Shown here one piece after another: positions 1 to 6,411 of a stretch of DNA of 64,000 nucleotides. The position numbers and the translations under genes were made by a program. The stretch spans positions 3,405 to 67,404 of the forward strand of contig JAEWQJ010000043.1 in assembly GCA_023399215.1 (NCBI GenBank), read 5' to 3'. How positions within the stretch are numbered: position 1 is the first letter of the stretch; the number at the start of each line of letters is the position of its first letter. The DNA comes from Methanobacteriota archaeon (GTDB lineage Archaea; Halobacteriota; Methanosarcinia; Methanosarcinales; Methanosarcinaceae). The notes under the pieces are model-generated. The model made no database searches. It was not told the DNA's origin and saw only the letters and a program-made list of their open reading frames with translations.

Positions 1-338
1 CCTATTGTCCCTGAGGTAGTGATAGTATCTGTGCTTATATTCTCTCCGATGTTAAAGCCAGAAAGCACCAGGTCAGGCATCTCCTTAAGGATCGTAAAGA
101 TGCCCAGAATTACAGCATCCGTAGGGGTTCCTCCCACAGAGTACGCAGGCATGCCTCCAGAATTTGTTTTCGTGATCCTTAGAGGCTCAAAGATAGAAAT
201 CGAACGCCCGACTCCACTCTGCTGGACAGCAGGAGCCGAAATTGTAACTTCCCCAAGGTCCGAAACGCTGTCAAAAGCAGCTTTCAAACCTGTGGAATAT
301 ACACCATCATCATTGGTAACAAGAATTTTTGGAGCCAT
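1..338 (-). CDS. surE: 5'/3'-nucleotidase SurE, N-terminal part (gene runs off the left edge)
   Basis: Not in the ORF track because it is edge-truncated. My reverse-strand translation from the ATG at 338 reads MAPKILVTNDDGVYSTGLKAAFDSVSDLGEVTISAPAVQQSGVGRSISIFEPLRITKTNSGGMPAYSVGGTPTDAVILGIFTILKEMPDLVLSGFNIGENIS. This contains the SurE NDDG and SG(I/F)N-G-N signatures. An in-frame ATG at 350 is an alternative start. The + strand ORF 19..369 is its antisense shadow. Confidence 0.8.
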   Translation of the reverse strand, partial: MAPKILVTNDDGVYSTGLKAAFDSVSDLGEVTISAPAVQQSGVGRSISIFEPLRITKTNSGGMPAYSVGGTPTDAVILGIFTILKEMPDLVLSGFNIGENISTDTITTSGTI

Positions 339-670
339 GAGTTTTCCCATAAGTTGCCGGATAATTTAAAATTAATGGAAAAAATGCATGACTTGAAAGT
401 ACATAACTTGAAAGTATAATGTCTCAAGGGTATCTCAAGGATAATTTTAGGAAAAAATATTGTGGCAAAATAAAGAAAATACCACAAAAAAGTTAATTTA
501 GGGCTGCACTCTGGTATTTGCCAAACCCTGTTTTTTGAATGAGAAGAGTTCCCTTTAAAGTATGTTCTGGAGATGGAATTGTTAGTCGTTACTCTTCAAA
601 CCAAATTATTATTGGTTCAGAGGCAGCGTTATTAGTCCAGAGACGATATTTTAAAGGGTTCCTTATGACC

Positions 671-727
671 TGATAGCAATTCTGTGATCTGATAGCAATT
701 CTTTGATTTGATAGCAATATTTTAACC
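671..727. repeat. 3 x 19-bp tandem repeat (TGATAGCAATTCTNTGAT)
   Basis: Direct reading: tgatagcaattctgtgatc / tgatagcaattctttgatt / tgatagcaatattttaacc, head to tail in the non-coding spacer downstream of surE. Confidence 0.8.
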
Positions 728-1333
728 CGATGACATTTGAACCGGTGAGGCATCAAATAAAGGCACTGAGTAAGTCATCAGGTGTTTAATGTAGCTAGAA
801 GATTTAGATGATTAGTACCACTCCTCCTCCTTTCAGGATTATAGTATGCAACTGAGAAACAAAGCATAACAGTCCACCTGAAAAGTGCTGCGCTTTTGCG
901 ACCTGGGCTTCAGGTCTGCGGTTTCTTTGTTGCATTGCACGAATCCCGATCCGTATTAGGTACTGGCAATCTTCCTCCTACCTAATTTTAGCTAATCACT
1001 GCCACCTCTCCACCGGGATCTCCCCAATATTGACCCGGGAACTGTTATTCTGGTGGCAAGCAGTATTTCTTATCAGAAAGGAATTAGCCTACCTGTGCAG
1101 ATGAGTTAAGATATCAAACTCCGAACACAGTTTTTATGGTGTACACATAGAGGTGGTGAACACCTATGGCAAACATCATCACTCGTACGACCAGAAACTC
1201 CAGATTATGGAGCCAGTGAGTCGTCTCTATTAACTTTTCCGAATGTAAAATTCTTTTTTCCTTTACGGATCTTATGATTTCTTTTAAACTCGTTGATAGC
1301 ATTTTGTTAAACCCCACTCATAATGTATTCTAT

Positions 1334-1500
1334 CTGATATTGTCTCAAAGCATTCCCTGTTAGAAAGTGCTCTGAGTATGTACTCTAAAAATCCAACGAG
1401 ATCTCAAACAGGCACTTTATGTTCGAAAGTAACCTGCATAGTATACACTATCCGACGCAATCTCAAAGAGGCATCTTCATATCGAAAATGCATTATTTAC
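1334..1500. repeat. 3 x ~59-bp imperfect direct repeat with core TCTCAAA-N-GGCA...T-GAAA-T
   Basis: The TCTCAAA cores at about 1343, 1402 and 1461 are spaced 59 bp apart. Each is followed by (A/C)(G/A)GCA(T/C)T...T(A/C)GAAA(G/A)T. The region is non-coding. Confidence 0.6.
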
Positions 1501-2087
1501 CCCACCGACTCTAGCTTTAGAAGTTTGTGATATTAAAAGTTGTTGACCCTGTATGAAATAATAGTATATGACCACGTAAATAATATTCAGACGCCCTGAT
1601 TAACATTTTAGTTAATGGACATGAGATAAAACCTGAGCATTGATGACGAGAAGAGTCAAATCATAAATTTAAAGCGGGTTATATAAGCCAAACATCGAGA
1701 AAATAAGGCAATAAAAAGTGTTCCTAAGTTAATTTCCTGCGCCCTGCAAAACGAAATAGAGCGAAAAAATCCATACCAGCCAAAAGAAAAGGGTTAAACG
1801 ACAGCTTTCAGAATCAAAAATCAAAAACCGGGTAGCAATAATAGTCATCTTAAATCTGTTTTGTCCCGCGCCCAGCGCGGCTGGAACATAAAAGCCCTGA
1901 TAAGAGAAAAAAGCGAAAAAAAGAATTCAAGGGCATTGTTTAGAGCTGAAGAGAGTTTCAGTCAGTTTTTACAACTTTATTTTTATTTTTCTGTTGGCCG
2001 GCCCAGAAAATCCGATTCAATTTTTAGAACTATCCGCCCGCAAACCGCGTCCATCAGTTTCCAGTAATCTCCGACCTGCCGGTAGAT

Positions 2088-2405
2088 TTATTCTGCAACT
2101 TCCTCAAAGTTAACGTGCTCAGAAACGCGCCTAATCTCTTCTTTCTCGTCAATCACCTTAAGTGCCTGAACCGTTTCTCCATCCATGAGCCCAACCCTGA
2201 AAGCGATTTTTATACAAGACTTTGGTGACCCACAGACAAATCCTTCATGGACAAAGATGTAGTCTTTCAAGAGTTTCGAGAAAATTTCTACGCTGTGCTG
2301 GAACCTGAGTAAAGTGGCATCATGGATAATTGGAGAATAAGGCTCGGAGAGAATTTCGTGAAGAGAGAAAAGGAATTTTGTTGAGAGTTCGAGTTTTAGA
2401 TTCAA
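2088..2405 (-). CDS. HEPN-domain protein, HI0074-like 'nucleotidyltransferase substrate-binding' family (short, orphan)
   Basis: ORF of 105 aa with a TTG start. The pattern LLRFQHSVEIFSKLLKDYI...GSPKSCIKIAFRVGLMDGE...RRVSEHVNFEEVAE matches the HI0074/HEPN layout: RF..E...K.LK, SP+..I..A...GL+D, and an R-x4-H motif followed by EE.AE. No cognate MNT gene is adjacent. Confidence 0.5.
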   Translation of the reverse strand: MNLKLELSTKFLFSLHEILSEPYSPIIHDATLLRFQHSVEIFSKLLKDYIFVHEGFVCGSPKSCIKIAFRVGLMDGETVQALKVIDEKEEIRRVSEHVNFEEVAE

Positions 2406-2463
2406 GTTTTACATTAACGATTCTCTGCTGTTCATTTCCTTAAAAGTAACTGAACCCCCGAAA

Positions 2464-4074
2464 TTACGGTCTCATCATTACATTCGTTAAAGTTACCAAG
2501 AATAAACCTAGAGTCATCCAACCTAAAAACCCTTCAAACATAACCCATTTTCTGAAATTATCTTTAGGATACCAGTCACCATATCCAACTGTAGTAAAGG
2601 TTACCATACTGAAATAAAAGCTATCCCAGAAGGTTACTTTTTGGTTCGAATCATTATTGTCCGATAATCTAGAAATACCAGGATTTGGCCAATCAATTTT
2701 AGGAATCAAGCTTAATAGAGTTTTAATTATCGATTTTTGAGCGCTCTCCGCATTTTCTCTATTACGCCAAGAAGCAGTAGGAAAACCTAGATAAATAAAA
2801 GAGAATAACAAAACGATTAAACCACCTAAGTAAAACGCACGAAATGGTTTTACACCATATCCACAGGTAAACCACATTAGTATATCACACCATTTTGAAC
2901 CTTCTTTAGAAAAAGGAGTCCATGATTTTTCTGCTTGGCAGCGTTTTCTATATTGGTAGTAGGCAGCGTCTGCATCTTCGAACTGTTCAAGGCTTCGGAA
3001 GTTTTGTATTAATTTTACATAGGTTGGCCCATCAAAAACAAGTGAGTTCTCAAGCGAATTCCAACTAACCCGCATTTCTTTGAAATCAGTACCATTTAAT
3101 GTAACTTCATTAAATAGAGTGCCTGAGAAATCGACAGCGTCATCAAAATTTGCCCATTGAAAGTCGGAAGTATTGCTAAAACTAACTTCCTTAAAAGAGG
3201 CAGAATCGTCAAAAGCAGAATACGAAAAAGAAGCAGAATCGCCAAAAGTAGAATACCGAAAATCGGCAGAATCGCCGAAAGTAGCAAAAACGAAAGCGGC
3301 AGAATCGCCAAAAGTAGAGTCCGTAAAGTCGGTATAATCACCAAAGGTAGATTTCATAAAATTGGCAGAATCGCCAAAAATAGAATGCTGAAAAGAGGCA
3401 GAATCGTCAAAAGTACATCCCGAAAAAGAGGTAGAATCGCCAAAAGTACATCCCCTAAAAGAGGCAGAATCGCCAAAAGCAGCTCCCGAAAAATAGGCAA
3501 AATCGCCAAAAGTACATCCCCTAAAAGAGGCATAATTGCCAAAAATAGAATCCCAAAAATTGGCAGAATCGCCAAAAGTAGTAAAAGAGAAATCTGCAAA
3601 ACTACCAAAAGTACATTCCAAAAAAACAGCAGAATCACCAAAGGTAGTATTTCTGAAATTAGCTGTCGAAGAGCAATTTACTTTAGCAAAGGAGAAGGAT
3701 TTAGTAAATAGACAGTTTGAGAAATCTAGATTATTTTCAAAAATTGAGTTACGGATTACGATGTTGCTTTTAATAATCTTTATATTTACTCCGTGAGATT
3801 CCAAATACCCTTCACTGTAGTAGTATCCAGATTTCAATGATTCATTATACTTTGGATTCGGAATATTTTCAAGCTTAATTTCATTTAAATTGAGTTCTCC
3901 AATTATGCGGCAATTTGTAAGGTTTACATCTTCTCCTTTTTCAATTTGATTTAAAATTTCACTGGCCTGGATTTCTCTATATTCATCTGCCAGACAGACC
4001 ATTGGCATGAAAGTAAGCACGAAAAATAATAACAAAGCCCAGAAAAACAATTTTCGGCATTTCATTTGACACAT
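2464..4074 (-). CDS. Pentapeptide-repeat protein fused to a 2-TM potassium-channel pore domain
   Basis: The N-terminus is signal-like (KLFFWALLLFFVLTFMPMVCLA). About 17 consecutive 10-aa units follow, of the form A(D/N/S)F....TFGDS (paired pentapeptides). The C-terminus has a TM helix, a pore helix and the canonical K+ selectivity filter TTVGYGD, then a second TM helix. The underlying 30-bp DNA periodicity generates the spurious track ORFs 3096..3344, 3157..3711, 3354..3641 and 3536..3796. Confidence 0.8.
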   Translation of the reverse strand: MCQMKCRKLFFWALLLFFVLTFMPMVCLADEYREIQASEILNQIEKGEDVNLTNCRIIGELNLNEIKLENIPNPKYNESLKSGYYYSEGYLESHGVNIKIIKSNIVIRNSIFENNLDFSNCLFTKSFSFAKVNCSSTANFRNTTFGDSAVFLECTFGSFADFSFTTFGDSANFWDSIFGNYASFRGCTFGDFAYFSGAAFGDSASFRGCTFGDSTSFSGCTFDDSASFQHSIFGDSANFMKSTFGDYTDFTDSTFGDSAAFVFATFGDSADFRYSTFGDSASFSYSAFDDSASFKEVSFSNTSDFQWANFDDAVDFSGTLFNEVTLNGTDFKEMRVSWNSLENSLVFDGPTYVKLIQNFRSLEQFEDADAAYYQYRKRCQAEKSWTPFSKEGSKWCDILMWFTCGYGVKPFRAFYLGGLIVLLFSFIYLGFPTASWRNRENAESAQKSIIKTLLSLIPKIDWPNPGISRLSDNNDSNQKVTFWDSFYFSMVTFTTVGYGDWYPKDNFRKWVMFEGFLGWMTLGLFLVTLTNVMMRP

Positions 4075-4328
4075 TTTTTGATATTTTACCTATTAAATTT
4101 TGTGAAATTACTCATATTGAAATTTCAAGAATTATGGAAAATTTTTTGTCTCGGCTTTTTGCAGTATTATTGATTTCTTGATCTGTACCTATAATCATAT
4201 ATAAATCCCAACTTGCCCCCAAGCAGTGCAAATTTAATATAATGATACCTTTATCCATCTATTATTTCCTATAAATCAAAATTACAATTATCTGATATCC
4301 CCTAATCAATTTCACGAGGATTTTTGAA

Positions 4329-6152
4329 ATGGACACATACGAGAAAGTATTCGAGCTGGCTAAACGCCGAGGGTTCTTATGGAACTCCTTTGAGCTGTAT
4401 GGCGGAAGCCGAGGATTTTATGATTATGGGCCTCTTGGGAGCACACTGAAGAGGCGAATCGAGCAGACCTGGAGAGAATTTTACGTTATCCAGGAAGGGT
4501 TTATGGAGATCGAATGCCCGACAATCGGGATCGAAGAAGTCTTTATTGCATCCGGACACGTCGGAGGTTTTTCGGACCCCCTGTGCGAGTGCATGAACTG
4601 TAAAGAAGCATTCCGGGCCGACCATCTTGTACAAAACGTAATGGAAGCCGCAGGGACCCTGAGTGCAGAACAACTCACAAAGGTTATAAAGGAAAATAAT
4701 ATCCGATGCCCGGAGTGCGGTGGAAAATTCGGCGACGCCTATGAATTCAACCTGATGTTCAAAACCACAATTGGGCCCGGTACTGGAAGGCAGGGATACC
4801 TCAGGCCGGAGACAGCACAGGGCATGTTTGTCGATTTCCAGAGGCTGTCCCGCTTCTACAGGGACAAGCTGCCTTTTGGAGCCGTGCAGATTGGGAAATC
4901 CTACAGAAATGAAATTGCACCCAGGCAAGGTGTAATCCGCCTCAGGGAATTCACACAGGCCGAGTGCGAGATTTTCGTTGACCCACGGAACAAGAAGCAC
5001 CCCAACTTTGAGCGTTTTGCAGACAGAGAACTTGTACTCTATTCCCAGGAAGCACAGGAGAAAGGAGAACCTTTCAGGATGACCGTACGGGAAGCTGTGA
5101 AGACCGGAGTCATTGCACACGAAGTCCTGGGCTACAACATTGCACTAACCAATGAGTTTTTGACAAAGGTTGGAATTGATCCTGCAAAACTCAGGTTCAG
5201 ACAGCACCTGAAAGACGAAATGGCGCATTACGCAATCGACTGCTGGGATGCTGAGATCGAGACCGACAGGTTCGGCTGGGTCGAGATCGTGGGAATTGCT
5301 GACAGGACGGATTACGATCTTAAAGCTCATGCAAAGGTTAGCAAGACCGAGCTTTACGTTTATGTCGAATACGACGAGCCAAAGATGGTAACTCGTTTTG
5401 TTGTAAAGCCGAACATGGGCAAGCTCGGACCTCTCTTTAAGGGCAAGGCAAAAGCTGTCGCAGATGCCTTAAAACAGCTTTCCGAAGAAGAACTCTCAAA
5501 GGATGAGATCAAAGTTACCGTGGACGGAGAAGAATTGACAGTCAGTTCGGATGCAGTGGACTTTGCAGAAGAAACCGTTAAAGTCAGCGGAGAAAACGTC
5601 ATACCTCACGTAATCGAGCCCTCTTATGGGATCGACAGGATCTTCTACGGCATCATGGAGCACGCCTATGACGAAGAAAACGTGGCTCAGAAGGTTGCCG
5701 AATCCGGACTTAAAGGCACAGAAGAAGCTGAGAAGGAATCCGAAGCCGGAAAGAGCGAAGGCGAAGCTGAGGGAGAAGAGGAAGCCCGCCTTGTCATGCA
5801 CTTTTCAAGCGCAGTTGCCCCGGTACAGGTTGCAGTCCTTCCGCTTCTTACCCGCAAAGAACTTGCAGACCCTGCAAAGGACATCATTGTAAAACTCAGG
5901 GAAAAGTCCCTGCTTGTCAATTATGATGATTCCGGAACCATCGGACGCCGCTACAGGAGAAACGACGAAATCGGAACGCCTTACTGCGTTACTGTAGACT
6001 ACGAAACCCTCGAAGACGGGACTGTAACTATAAGGGACAGAGATTCCATGCGCCAGATCAGGGCACCGATCCAGGGAATCGAAAACGCGCTCTACGAACT
6101 TATTTACAGAGGCAGAACTTTCGAATCCGCAGGCAAGCCCTTTAACTTCTAA
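4329..6152 (+). CDS. glyS: Glycyl-tRNA synthetase (archaeal/eukaryotic alpha2 type)
   Basis: 607 aa. The N-terminus FELAKRRGFLWNSFELYGG..GFYDYGPLG, the class II motifs (YLRPETAQG, FRNEI.PR.G..R.REF.Q.E.E.F) and the anticodon-binding C-terminus (YDDSGTIGRRYRRNDEIGTPYCVTVD) all fit. An acidic insertion (EEAEKESEAGKSEGEAEGEEE) sits before the anticodon-binding domain. Confidence 0.92.
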   Translation: MDTYEKVFELAKRRGFLWNSFELYGGSRGFYDYGPLGSTLKRRIEQTWREFYVIQEGFMEIECPTIGIEEVFIASGHVGGFSDPLCECMNCKEAFRADHLVQNVMEAAGTLSAEQLTKVIKENNIRCPECGGKFGDAYEFNLMFKTTIGPGTGRQGYLRPETAQGMFVDFQRLSRFYRDKLPFGAVQIGKSYRNEIAPRQGVIRLREFTQAECEIFVDPRNKKHPNFERFADRELVLYSQEAQEKGEPFRMTVREAVKTGVIAHEVLGYNIALTNEFLTKVGIDPAKLRFRQHLKDEMAHYAIDCWDAEIETDRFGWVEIVGIADRTDYDLKAHAKVSKTELYVYVEYDEPKMVTRFVVKPNMGKLGPLFKGKAKAVADALKQLSEEELSKDEIKVTVDGEELTVSSDAVDFAEETVKVSGENVIPHVIEPSYGIDRIFYGIMEHAYDEENVAQKVAESGLKGTEEAEKESEAGKSEGEAEGEEEARLVMHFSSAVAPVQVAVLPLLTRKELADPAKDIIVKLREKSLLVNYDDSGTIGRRYRRNDEIGTPYCVTVDYETLEDGTVTIRDRDSMRQIRAPIQGIENALYELIYRGRTFESAGKPFNF

Positions 6153-6176
6153 AATTAAAAAACTGGCAATTCTTGA

Positions 6177-6217
6177 GCTGTGGGCTAAAAAGCCTGCAGC
6201 AAAGTTTTTAGTTTTTT
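6177..6217 (+). terminator. Hairpin plus oligo-T terminator after glyS
   Basis: GCTGTGGGCT-AAAA-AGCCTGCAGC forms a 10-bp stem with two G-U pairs. It is followed by TTTTT and TTTTTT runs. Confidence 0.45.
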
Positions 6218-6411
6218 ATGTTTATTAAAATTAAATTAAAAATCTGAAACGAATAGCTTCGGATAAATTAATCTGGAATAGATTAATCAGATTTGGGATT
6301 TTAACCAGATTTAGAATAAATAAATTTAATACGAAATAAATTTAACCAGATATAGAACAAATTAATCTGACCTGGAATAAATTAATCTGAAAGAAACGAT
6401 CCTGAAATAGA

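Noticed and set aside
19-369. Track ORF of 116 aa on the + strand at the left edge
   Set aside because: It is the antisense shadow of the surE N-terminus, which reads clearly on the minus strand. The + frame has no recognisable motif.
1114-1317. 67-aa minus-strand ORF in the gene-free stretch, considered as a transposase/IS remnant
   Set aside because: It has no recognisable transposase motif (DDE or HTH). I could identify no terminal inverted repeats and no SD. It is left unannotated.
3096-3796. Four overlapping track ORFs (3096..3344 -, 3157..3711 +, 3354..3641 -, 3536..3796 +) with highly repetitive K/R/I/L-rich translations
   Set aside because: They are alternative-frame readings of the 30-bp-periodic DNA that encodes the pentapeptide repeats of the 2464..4074 gene. 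Only that frame gives a coherent protein with signal peptide, repeats and K+ pore.
4377-5120. Long antisense ORFs inside well-supported genes. Examples are 4377..5120 in glyS, 17604..18224 in the thermosome gene, 35648..36304 in ino1, 42615..43172 in thiL, 60876..61616 in prf1 and 22346..22843 in the CHAD gene.
   Set aside because: They are shadow ORFs opposite strongly motif-supported genes. Their translations are low-complexity or Cys/Ser/Leu-rich with no motifs.
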